Shown: positions 53,601 through 61,864, numbered from the stretch's first letter. The stretch is DNA of 64,000 nucleotides from an uncultured Lachnospiraceae bacterium (GCA_947628705.1 CANRAZ010000002.1:1128-65127); one strand, 5' to 3'. Program-made: numbers and translations. The notes: generated by a model not told the origin, from the letters alone.

Positions 53601-53756
53601 GTATGTTATAGGAGCATAATCATCCTTATAATCATCATAGAAAGTATATCTTATAAGGTAATATGCAAGATAGGACAACCCGATTCCAAGGGCTACCACC
53701 AAGCAGGAGGCAATAATTTTAAAGCCGACTGTTTTTTTCTTTTTAATCTTCTTCAT
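50691..53756 (-). CDS. N-terminally membrane-anchored extracytoplasmic protein of unknown function (1021 aa; possibly DUF5696-like)
   Basis: Starts MKKIKKKKTVGFKIIASCLVVALGIGLSYLAYYLI (anchor). RBS GGAGGAGG. I recognise no catalytic motif. The family name is from memory of similar gene contexts. Confidence 0.8.
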   Translation of the reverse strand: MKKIKKKKTVGFKIIASCLVVALGIGLSYLAYYLIRYTFYDDYKDDYAPITYAEGKEFKALPDNDRPEGLAEQYVLAAESDGLKLYYDQTTTQVAVYDKTTSRLVYSNPQNLQEEDYDNPIYLNRMMSQLVLYYYPNLSASSISEMNSYQYCVNINANKEEDEEGTAEKQFSVESIENGIRVKYTIGDMSSETGTVPIYMSVDTFKEVVEKLGEYDAENKTRYREMVENRYSEKGSDVDGYVQISAGVRKGQLKNMQKALESIGWTEDDFVREMEGSGAEVDLPTSFTIPLEYTLVDGKLQVNICTDHIEETGSGSLIYMDVLPYFDATYHSCETENYAGYIYTVDEKATAAGAVEEMSDFFTVEFDGEKADVTVDNAIAGEYDFASFTVYETAVDENGKEAQGAVVGTWNSMGGSNKLSLVPENDYILSISGSSSSEPIDKTLKFVIRHEKVPAEGYYLVPNASGSLISLNSPNTDSLAGYSELIYGRDDVLFDTETKVQNTVDSKLPVYGCYDGKKTTFVILSRGESLAELRVQTANDKTCKISNSLANYNTAYCRYYVRGENTISMSTTDSFTVWTDDIFDTQITQQYCFLDGEHQGYSGMASYYRDYLEANGMLKKSETLQAGSIKMYMDLLGAVYGDGDFLGFAYETVIPLTTFEQAKEIVDAFYKNNVNNLVVNYQGWMNDGYYHDTVSDIKVIRKLGGKKGLSEFTDLVESKGGKVYGDMAINRVTYSATDFPYTLESSRIFGAGYVAGFGKTSPTTYSNGASLGYVSNLYDVLSPKYMSRYVDSAIEEMEDIGVSGTSYRDLGTYLYSDMKKTSILHRERAKEITLAQLKKAADANGSVMLNAPLAYAIGYCDDIINAPIGDNNYIYVDCGVPFYEMVVHGYVDYSGSPINLSADTTTVENILECIEYGASPHFTFTYVPATEMKYTALNDMYATNYVNWVDEAVDIYNQVNETLSLVSDAKIVNHEVLDDANEVRRITYSNGVVIVVNYSDESFSLGNTSVSPKNYVVEVAE

Positions 53757-53767
53757 TTTACCTCCTC

Positions 53768-54397
53768 CTACCTGAAATACAGTTCAAGGTATACACTCTG
53801 GAAGAATGTTATTACCTGTCCGACTAAGCTGTAAACCATCATTATTACGAAAAGAATTACAAGCAGCGCAAAGAACGTCAGCAAAATCGTAATAAGCGTT
53901 TTGCCAAGCGTGTAGTTGTGTATAATCATTATTCCGATAAGCATTATGATTATAGAATAGGCTACCGAAAGCCAGATTATAATGTTGTAGAACACTTCCT
54001 CGTTCTGAGCAACGAACTGTGAAACAATCGTTGCAGGGATAAAGCAAAGCACGCAAGGCGTCATGGAATATCCCATGATGGTCATTATGTCTTTAAGCCT
54101 GCCCTCTCCGTTCAACAGACAGGTAACAGACCAATTGGCAATCGACAAAAGAAGGAAAAGCAGCAGAACGCCTTCAATTTCCATTAGCGTGTCAACGCTT
54201 CTCGGATCGGTATCGTTCACGATGAAACTGGCGCAAAGCCTGTTAATGGTGTAAGAAATACCGAAAAGAAGAATCATCACCCATGCAATGGCAACGCTGC
54301 CCCTTTCTCTGTGTCTTACTTCATAAAAACCGTCTGAAGGATGAGAGACACAGTAAAATACATATTTCCATTTTTCAGCAGAAAATAAATCTTTCAT
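53768..54397 (-). CDS. Yip1-like five-TM membrane protein
   Basis: 209 aa. N-terminal HPSDGFYEV segment followed by five hydrophobic helices. RBS GGGGAGG. Confidence 0.75.
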   Translation of the reverse strand: MKDLFSAEKWKYVFYCVSHPSDGFYEVRHRERGSVAIAWVMILLFGISYTINRLCASFIVNDTDPRSVDTLMEIEGVLLLFLLLSIANWSVTCLLNGEGRLKDIMTIMGYSMTPCVLCFIPATIVSQFVAQNEEVFYNIIIWLSVAYSIIIMLIGIMIIHNYTLGKTLITILLTFFALLVILFVIMMVYSLVGQVITFFQSVYLELYFR

Positions 54398-54412
54398 TTC
54401 ATGTCCTCCCCT

Positions 54413-55909
54413 TTAATCATCATCATATTTTCTGTTCTTCACCTTCTTGTAAAACCTGAATCCAAGAATTCCGACAAGTAATACAAGTATAGTTCCGAAA
54501 ATCCAGTTGAAGTTATCCTTAAGCAATTCATTTCTGAACCGCTTATACGCTATCGAATAATAGGAGCGGCTCATTCCGAGACTAAGGTAATCCATTGCGG
54601 TCTTATAATCGCCGCTGTTGAGATAAGCCTTTCCTATACCGATATACGCCTGTTCAAAATTCTCATTAAGAACAAGTACCTCGGACCACTTTTCCACCGC
54701 CTGCGATTCGTCCCCGTCATAACGGCAGGCAACCGCCTCGTTAATAAGCCTTCCGTATTCAGTAGGCGAGAAGATGTAAACTTCATTTCTGTTAATATCG
54801 CATACAAGCCTCTGGCTGCCGTTCGCCTCTATTGACCTTGGAGATGAAAACGTTCCGTCCTGAGCTCCCATTCCGCCGTAAATGTAGAGGAGGTTCCCTT
54901 CAGAGTCATATGTGAAAATACGTCCTCTCAGATTGTCAAGAATGGAATACATTCCTTCTCCGCAATAAACCACATCCTGAATTTTATTGGTACCGCAGTA
55001 AAGGTTTATTGCTGCGCCCGTTCCGACAATATCGCCTCCGACATTTTCATTGGCGCCCTTTCTGATAACGTCTCCGCCCTTTGAATTCAGCCTCATGACA
55101 GCCTGCATACCGGTCGTATCAAGATAGCTTGCATAGAGGAATCCGTCATCGTCAATGTCGATTCCCGTATATTCTGTAGGAACATACATTGAACCCTTTG
55201 AACGCTGTGCCTGAGTGGATATGGTTTTCCAAAACTTATCCCAAAGACTTATATTTACATTGATTGTACCGAAGTAACCGTTAAAGGTTCCGTCTCTCTC
55301 AAGCTGGAGAATTCCCTGAAACTCGTTGAGGTTGATAATGTAGATTCTTTCGGCGGAGTCTACGCACACCTTAAGCGGTTCAAACGCATAGTTTTCAGGA
55401 AGAATATCCGATTTAATCATTGACGATTCAAGATGACCGGCATAGACAAAATCCTTATCCTGTTTTTCAAAGTACAGCAGCCTGTGGTTTCCTGTATCGC
55501 AAACATAAAGGTAACCGCTGTCTGAAAAATAAACACCCTGAGGATTAAGGAGCGTATCCGTAGAACCCGTCTCCGAATTATAGAACTCGTCAATTACGGT
55601 AATAAGAGAATAATCCTTACCGTCTACAACCACTATGCAGTTATTTGTGTAATCGCACAAATATATCGTTTTGTCTTCAGGACTAACAAATATATCGTAG
55701 ATCGCACCGAGAGGGGCGTCAAGACCAAGCGAATCGCCTGTTATGCTTCCGTCAGGGACATATGCCGCTGGGGTATAAACCACGTCCTCCCAGTAATCAA
55801 AGTTATATGTTACATACGGCAGAGTGTCCGCCAATGCAGTCTGCACCATAACTGAAAGAACCAGAACTACGACTATGAATTTAGATATAAGATTGCTTTT
55901 TGAATTCAT
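54413..55909 (-). CDS. secreted NHL-repeat beta-propeller protein with TPR-like segment and C-terminal TM anchor
   Basis: Has a signal peptide. Repeated blades follow D-x-x-N-x-R/x-[ILV]-x-x-[FY] (YVCDTGNHRLLYF, LCDYTNNCIVVVD, VCDINRNEVYIF). Also AYIGIGKAYLNSGDYKTAMDYL, and the C-terminal WIFGTILVLLVGILGFRFYKK. Confidence 0.8.
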   Translation of the reverse strand: MNSKSNLISKFIVVVLVLSVMVQTALADTLPYVTYNFDYWEDVVYTPAAYVPDGSITGDSLGLDAPLGAIYDIFVSPEDKTIYLCDYTNNCIVVVDGKDYSLITVIDEFYNSETGSTDTLLNPQGVYFSDSGYLYVCDTGNHRLLYFEKQDKDFVYAGHLESSMIKSDILPENYAFEPLKVCVDSAERIYIINLNEFQGILQLERDGTFNGYFGTINVNISLWDKFWKTISTQAQRSKGSMYVPTEYTGIDIDDDGFLYASYLDTTGMQAVMRLNSKGGDVIRKGANENVGGDIVGTGAAINLYCGTNKIQDVVYCGEGMYSILDNLRGRIFTYDSEGNLLYIYGGMGAQDGTFSSPRSIEANGSQRLVCDINRNEVYIFSPTEYGRLINEAVACRYDGDESQAVEKWSEVLVLNENFEQAYIGIGKAYLNSGDYKTAMDYLSLGMSRSYYSIAYKRFRNELLKDNFNWIFGTILVLLVGILGFRFYKKVKNRKYDDD

Positions 55910-55919
55910 ACCACGCCTC

Positions 55920-56816
55920 CTATTCTTTCATACCTGACGACGTCATGGTCTCAATAATCTGAGACTGGCAGATCAGGAAGAATGTGATCGGAACAAGTGC
56001 GATAACGAAAGCAACCGCACAGGCAACACCTGCTCTTGCTGCGCCGCCGCCGGCAATCTGCTGGAGTGCGAACTGCATAGGCTTAAGCTTCTCGCTTCGC
56101 AGGAACATGGAACCTGTATTGCCCCACATCTGCTGGAACTGCAGTACCGCAAGCGTCAGCCATGCAGGCTTTACGTTCGGCATGAAGATTTTCCAGAAAA
56201 TCGTGAACTCGGAAGCGCCGTCCAGCTTTGCGGATTCCATCAGAGAATCAGGTATCTGCTCCATGAACTGTTTCATGAGGTACAGACCCATACCGAACTG
56301 CCACGACGGAAGTATGAGCGCCAGGTATGTATTGTTGATCCCTAAATAAGAAATGATCATGTAGTTAGGGATCTGCGTAACGTTGTATGAGAACATCATG
56401 GAGAGCACTACGATGCTGAAAAGGATGTTCTTTCCGGGGAACTTGTGCTTTGCAAGCGGATAAGCCGCAAGAGATGCAACAACAACGTGACCGACCGTAC
56501 CGAAGCCTGTGATGATAAGGGTGTTAAAAATGTACCTTGAGAACGGAACCCACGAATCGCTCATTACGACAAAGAGGTCTTTAAAGTTTTCAAAGGTAGG
56601 ATTCTTAACAAATATCGTCTGAGGATACTGGAAAATTTCATCCAGAGGCTTCAGCGCGTTATTTATAAGAATTACAAGCGGCAGCGCCATGAACACGCCG
56701 CAGAACGCCATGAAGAAGAACAACAGTCCGTTGCCTGCTGCGGAACGGTTAAGCTGTTTTTCTCTGTGGAACCATCTTTTTTTCACACGGGTCTTTTCTT
56801 TAGCCATACTACTCAC
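55920..56816 (-). CDS. carbohydrate ABC transporter permease (MalG-like)
   Basis: EAA-type loop LMESAKLDGASEFTIFWKIFMPNVKP. The start is either GTG at 56816 or ATG at 56807. Both abut the upstream stop at 56809-56811. Confidence 0.88.
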   Translation of the reverse strand: MSSMAKEKTRVKKRWFHREKQLNRSAAGNGLLFFFMAFCGVFMALPLVILINNALKPLDEIFQYPQTIFVKNPTFENFKDLFVVMSDSWVPFSRYIFNTLIITGFGTVGHVVVASLAAYPLAKHKFPGKNILFSIVVLSMMFSYNVTQIPNYMIISYLGINNTYLALILPSWQFGMGLYLMKQFMEQIPDSLMESAKLDGASEFTIFWKIFMPNVKPAWLTLAVLQFQQMWGNTGSMFLRSEKLKPMQFALQQIAGGGAARAGVACAVAFVIALVPITFFLICQSQIIETMTSSGMKE

Positions 56817-57738
56817 CCACCCTTCTCAAGAGTGCCTGAACAAGCTTGTTTGTTCCAACCATGAGCAAGAAGAGAATGGTTGCAATAGCCGAGGCATAAC
56901 CCATTTCAAATCTGAACGTACCGTAGTCAATCAGGTGAGTGACGATCGTCGTACCTGCATAGTTGATCGACGGATTACCTGCAAGCTGTATGGATATATC
57001 ACCGACAGCAAATGACTGCGTAATCTGCATAACGGCGCCGAACATGAGCTGAGGCTTCATTGCAGGAAGCGTGACGTACCAAAGCTCCTGCCAACGGTTT
57101 TTAATTCCGTCCATAGCCGCAGCCTCGTACATCGACCTGTCGATCGTCTGAAGACCTGCTATGAAGGAAAGGAAGCCGGTACCAAGCGACAGCCAGAGCT
57201 GAACGACTATCAGACAAGGCATTACGAGCTTTTCCGTCTGGAACCACAGCACAGCATTGTTTACAAAGCCCCATCTAAGGAGTATTGAGTTCAAGTAACC
57301 GTATCTGTCTGAGCTTAAGATAAGGGACCATACGTAATATGCGTTACCGCAGATAGACGGAGCATAGAATATAAGGGTAAGAAAAGCTCTCATCTTACCG
57401 TGGAATTCATTGATGATCCACGCAAACAGCAGACACATGAGGTAAGATGCCGGTCCTGTTATTACCGCAAAGAGCAATGTGTTCTTCAAAGCGATAAGGA
57501 ATATCTCGTCATCAAGGAAAAGCCTTGCATAGTTATTGAATCCGACCCATGAAGGGAAGCTCAGCATATCAAAGTAGGTAAAGCTGAGCACGATGGACGC
57601 AAGGACCGGCAGCACCGTAAAGAAGAAGAAAAAGAGGAAATACGGAGCAATCATCGCATAAGACGCTCTGCTTCTGTAAATCTTCTGTTTTAATGTCAGC
57701 CTGTGAACTATCGGCTGTGTCTGATTAGCAGAATCCAT
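56809..57738 (-). CDS. carbohydrate ABC transporter permease (MalF-like)
   Basis: EAA-type loop YEAAAMDGIKNRWQELWYVTLPAMKP. The ATG at 57736-57738 follows AGGAGGAAAC. Confidence 0.88.
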   Translation of the reverse strand: MDSANQTQPIVHRLTLKQKIYRSRASYAMIAPYFLFFFFFTVLPVLASIVLSFTYFDMLSFPSWVGFNNYARLFLDDEIFLIALKNTLLFAVITGPASYLMCLLFAWIINEFHGKMRAFLTLIFYAPSICGNAYYVWSLILSSDRYGYLNSILLRWGFVNNAVLWFQTEKLVMPCLIVVQLWLSLGTGFLSFIAGLQTIDRSMYEAAAMDGIKNRWQELWYVTLPAMKPQLMFGAVMQITQSFAVGDISIQLAGNPSINYAGTTIVTHLIDYGTFRFEMGYASAIATILFLLMVGTNKLVQALLRRVGE

Positions 57739-57754
57739 ATTGTTTCCTCCTTTC

Positions 57755-60700
57755 CTATTCAAGTCCAAGCTCTTTGCGCTTGGATGCAATTTCGTCGTCA
57801 ATATAGGTTACACGGTCCATAAGTTCCTCTCTTGGAGTGGAGGAGTCCATATCGGCCGTAACCGCATAATAAGCATTGTTAATGTAACGGAAGGTAAAGT
57901 AGCTGCCTGCAACCTGTCTTATGCCGCGTACATTGTTTCTCTGCTTATTAATCGTGTTTGTGAATGCAACCGGATAACCGATCTGCTGGAAGGCTTCCGT
58001 GTTTGCGGTTGCAACCTTTGCAGATGCGCCGTTGATTGATTCCATCTCATGAGAGTACTGAACCTGCGTATCAGCTTCCGTCCACCACTTGATGAATTCC
58101 CATGCCGCTTCCTTATCTTCACATGCGGACATTATAATGCAGGCATTGCCCACGCTCGCTATCGTGTGGTCAACATAGGTTTCTCCTGCCTTTGCAACAA
58201 GCTCGCCGTCTGAGTTGTAAATGTTTTCCGTCGCTACTCTTTCCGTGCCCGGAACCTGTGTTACGCCCCAGAGACCGTTAATATCAGGCGCCGATACCTG
58301 CAAGGTGTTGTAGTAACCGAAGTTATAAATTATGATTGGAGCCTCGCCTGTACGGAAACGCTGTTCCACGTTGGTCGTTTTATCAACGCCGTAATCCGTG
58401 TACCATTCGCAATACTGCGTGAAGGAGTTGATCGCTTCCTCCGAGTCAAGAAGCGTCTTTGAACCCTCTTCATTGTAGTACTCTCCTCCGTGCTGAAGAA
58501 GATGCATAAGGAATATTTCTTCACCCGGAAGCATTCCAAGATCCATGTTGTTCTGACTCATTACCGTAAGAGCGGTGATCATCTGATCCCATGTTTCAGG
58601 CGGCTCAATGCCAAGCTCCTGAAGAATATCCTTTCTGTAGAACATTACAAGGAATGTCTGCTGACAAGGGAGTGCAAATGTCGAATCGCCATACTGATAT
58701 GCTTCATATGCGCTGTCGTCAAATCTGGCAAGCACCTCATCCAAATCGTCAAAATTGGAGAGATCGTAAACCGCATGACGCAAGCCGTAGTTAACAGGGA
58801 GGTCATAGTTTACCTCAATTGCAACGTCAGGTCCCTGACCTGCCAGAGTCGCCTGAAGAAGCGTGTTAATGTCTACAAGCATTACGGTTACGTTTATGCC
58901 GTACTTGCTCGTAAACTGTTCCGAAATCATCGTCTTGATAACGTTCGACTGGTCACGCCCCGTACCTACCCAAAGAAGGAGCTCTCTATGCTCTGCGTTA
59001 GGGTCGGAAACGTCGCCAACTATATCATAATCAATAATAAACGAATAGAACAACCTCTTTATCTCATGGATAAGCTTCGTCCAAAAGCTGTTCTTAACAT
59101 GCTTGATTTCGCTGTCTGTTGAATGAATGTAAATCGAATCCAGAGCCAGAGGCTGACCGATAACGTCTGCGATCCACGTACCGCAGGCACGAACGTTGGT
59201 TCTGTAATCGGAAACGACCTTTACGAAGTATTCATTGTCTTCAATAAGCTCTCCGAGCTGAGTACGCATTGTAGTAAGCGCACGTTCCTTATCGCTTCCA
59301 GTTCCTACAAGTTCTTCAAACTCCTTAATAATTATATCGAGCTTATCATAAGCAGCCTGAAGCTCTTCCGTAAGTCCCGGCAATGACGCCTTAATCTGGT
59401 AGTCACGCCAAACGTCCGGAGCGATACCTGTAACACAGATAACCTCACGGTAAATCTGGTTAAGGTCATCGGTAACATCTGAAACCTTTCCTACAATGTC
59501 GCCGAACTCGCCGAGCACAACCGACATACGAAGCTTATGGTCTCCCTCTGTCAGATAAATCTTGTAGGCGCCGTCAGAATTTCCAAGCTTTTCGTAATAC
59601 CATGTACTGTCATAAGAGAAGCCGTACTCGTTAAACTCCTCAAAAGGAACCGTACCGTCAATCATTATCTTTCTCGATACATATATACCTTTTACGAAGT
59701 TCTGCTTGCAAAGAAGTTCTATATTGTAATAACCGCTTTTATCAACGTGGAAATCCCACTCAAGCCAGTCTCCTACAAGCCTCCAGCTGTTGCCTCCTAT
59801 CGTATTGTTAAGAAGAAGCTTCGCGCTGTAAGGCCTGACTGCCGCAGAGGACTGATCCTGCTGAGGATAAAGCATCTGAGACGACTTAAGGTCAGCGTTC
59901 TCCGCCTGAATCTCAATTACGCTTCCCGACGAAGAATTTTCAAGCGATGAAGTACTGTTAAGATAATCCTTATAGGAAGGAACAGACGCAACATGCTCAA
60001 ATCTCAGCGAATAAAGAACCATTGACTCAGTGATCGAGAAAAGAGTCACCGTGTTGACGCCCGCCTCAAGATAAACTCCAAGCTCGCCGGTATAGTAGCC
60101 CTGGCTGTCATAAAGATATGTAGACTGCCAATCGTGAACCTCGGTCTGTGAGGTTTTAAGATCGTTGCCCTGATTATCCTTATTCCATTTAATGTTTCCG
60201 TCCTCGTCAAGAACAGGGGAGCCGTCCGCATTTGTTTCGTAGTGGTTCGGATTATTTACCCACATACGTCTGAGCTCGATGTTGGAAAACTCAGCAAACG
60301 GAAGCTCTCCATTTATAAAGATACCTCTTCTGATGTTGGAGTTTTTAGACTGAATATTGTAATAATCAAGCCCGATGTGATAAAACCCGCTTTCAGGAAC
60401 GGTTATCTGGAAATCGACAAAACCCGTTTCATCAATCAAAAGAGATTTTGGATATTCACTGAATGTGCCGTAAGGATTACTGTCTCCGTAAACCTCTCTG
60501 GGCAGAGAAGATGTATCCACCACCTCAGGAGCCTTACCCTCATAATGATTGGCAGCAAGATAAGCGTCATATGCCGAAACCTGGAAGCTGGAAGCTGCGG
60601 CCTTTCCGCCGTACTTCTCCAGATATTCAGTATATGTAAGCGTACTGTCATCAATATTGTAGTAATCAAGAATATACTGATAGTAATCCGTTGTACACGT

Positions 60701-60907
60701 TGAAGGATCAACAGGCCCTGCCGTATCGGAGCCATCGCCTGCTTCTGGCACATCTGCATCCGAAGCGTCGCCGCCGGCAGCATCTTCCGTCTGGGTTCCG
60801 TCCGCCGCATCAGCGTCCGCAGGAGCAGACAATGCAAAAGACTGAAAAACCATTGTCAGAATCAAGGCAAAAACGATTATACGTTTTAATAAAACCTTTG
60901 CGTGCAT
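57755..60907 (-). CDS. about 1050-aa extracellular protein: two CBM6/35-like modules, a coiled coil and a family-1 solute-binding domain
   Basis: The ATG at 60905-60907 follows AAGGAGG. Has a signal or anchor but no lipobox Cys. Duplicated segments are SGFYHIGLDYYN..RRGIFINGELPF and SGYYNIELLCKQ..SRKIMIDGTVPF. The C-terminal half (LLLWVGTGRDQSNV...DVAIEVN...) looks like an SBP. Confidence 0.82.
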   Translation of the reverse strand: MHAKVLLKRIIVFALILTMVFQSFALSAPADADAADGTQTEDAAGGDASDADVPEAGDGSDTAGPVDPSTCTTDYYQYILDYYNIDDSTLTYTEYLEKYGGKAAASSFQVSAYDAYLAANHYEGKAPEVVDTSSLPREVYGDSNPYGTFSEYPKSLLIDETGFVDFQITVPESGFYHIGLDYYNIQSKNSNIRRGIFINGELPFAEFSNIELRRMWVNNPNHYETNADGSPVLDEDGNIKWNKDNQGNDLKTSQTEVHDWQSTYLYDSQGYYTGELGVYLEAGVNTVTLFSITESMVLYSLRFEHVASVPSYKDYLNSTSSLENSSSGSVIEIQAENADLKSSQMLYPQQDQSSAAVRPYSAKLLLNNTIGGNSWRLVGDWLEWDFHVDKSGYYNIELLCKQNFVKGIYVSRKIMIDGTVPFEEFNEYGFSYDSTWYYEKLGNSDGAYKIYLTEGDHKLRMSVVLGEFGDIVGKVSDVTDDLNQIYREVICVTGIAPDVWRDYQIKASLPGLTEELQAAYDKLDIIIKEFEELVGTGSDKERALTTMRTQLGELIEDNEYFVKVVSDYRTNVRACGTWIADVIGQPLALDSIYIHSTDSEIKHVKNSFWTKLIHEIKRLFYSFIIDYDIVGDVSDPNAEHRELLLWVGTGRDQSNVIKTMISEQFTSKYGINVTVMLVDINTLLQATLAGQGPDVAIEVNYDLPVNYGLRHAVYDLSNFDDLDEVLARFDDSAYEAYQYGDSTFALPCQQTFLVMFYRKDILQELGIEPPETWDQMITALTVMSQNNMDLGMLPGEEIFLMHLLQHGGEYYNEEGSKTLLDSEEAINSFTQYCEWYTDYGVDKTTNVEQRFRTGEAPIIIYNFGYYNTLQVSAPDINGLWGVTQVPGTERVATENIYNSDGELVAKAGETYVDHTIASVGNACIIMSACEDKEAAWEFIKWWTEADTQVQYSHEMESINGASAKVATANTEAFQQIGYPVAFTNTINKQRNNVRGIRQVAGSYFTFRYINNAYYAVTADMDSSTPREELMDRVTYIDDEIASKRKELGLE

Positions 60908-60923
60908 ATAAACCTCCTTGTAA

Positions 60924-61559
60924 TTACTCATCATACCAAACCTCCTTACCCGCTTCAGGTTTAGGCATGTATTTTTTAAATACGTTCTCTATAAAATAAG
61001 AAATCCCCATGCATGCCATTCCCGGTACAAAGACCGCGGAAAGCGGAAACAGCAAAACCGCAAAAAACATTGCAGCGGAGACCGCCGCAAGGATCAGCGT
61101 CACGGGCAGATGCTTAAAGGTAAGAAAGGCAGAGAATCGGATAAGCTCTTTTACCGGATAAAGGAATCTTGACAGCGCCGCAAAACAAAAGCAGAGATAT
61201 GCTATGTAAAGTACCAGCAGCACCGCGCACAGACTCATGTTGAGGATAGAGAATACCGTTGCCTTTTTGTACCACACAATAATGTCAAGTATAAGCACAA
61301 GACACAGAACAACGGAAACAACGGAGCTGAGCGCCCCTTTTTTCAAAAGCCTCTTAAAGCATCTGAAAAATTCCCTCACTGTCGAGCTTCTGTCACGTCT
61401 GACCGTTTTTACCATACCATAGTAGAAAGCCGAGGAAGACGCCGCAACGGTCACTATCGGAACTGAACAGAGAAGCCATAGCAGCGTTAGAATTACAATT
61501 CTGCCGCATTTATCCAGAAAAGAAATAAACGGGCCTTCAAGGCTGAAGAACGAATTCAT
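60924..61559 (-). CDS. YesL/DUF624-like integral membrane protein
   Basis: 211 aa. It begins FFSLEGPFISFLDKCGRIVILTLLWLLCSVPIVT..AFYYGMVKTVRRDR, which is typical of YesL-family proteins in sugar ABC loci. Confidence 0.8.
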   Translation of the reverse strand: MNSFFSLEGPFISFLDKCGRIVILTLLWLLCSVPIVTVAASSSAFYYGMVKTVRRDRSSTVREFFRCFKRLLKKGALSSVVSVVLCLVLILDIIVWYKKATVFSILNMSLCAVLLVLYIAYLCFCFAALSRFLYPVKELIRFSAFLTFKHLPVTLILAAVSAAMFFAVLLFPLSAVFVPGMACMGISYFIENVFKKYMPKPEAGKEVWYDE

Positions 61560-61683
61560 TCATACCTTCCTTTCACTCTCATGCCTCTTGTAAAAAAGAC
61601 ATCAAATCATGCACAAAATGTATAATTTTCCGTAATTTTTTACAAAATGCCCCATGAAGACATAGTAAAACATATTTTGTATA

Positions 61684-61712
61684 ATAATATCATATCGCTT
61701 GGTAATATGCAA
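61684..61712 (-). promoter_or_regulatory. putative promoter of the yesL-to-permease operon
   Basis: Minus strand: TTGCAT (61712-61707), 17-nt spacer, TATTAT (61689-61684). Confidence 0.45.
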
Positions 61713-61864
61713 CAATCCGATAACATTTTTTTATGAGTTTTTTTGGCAATTTGTTATAAATCATGAACTGCGATTATCAATTTTTATATAATTTTTATTA
61801 ATTACCTTCAATATTTTTATCAATTTGTACAAAAAATAAAATGAAATGTACAAAAAAACGTATT

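Noticed and set aside
58490-59122. 210-aa plus-strand ORF and other shadows inside the large SBP gene
   Set aside because: They are antisense to a coherent 1050-aa ORF with a strong RBS. Their products are Lys/Arg/Cys-rich with no motifs.
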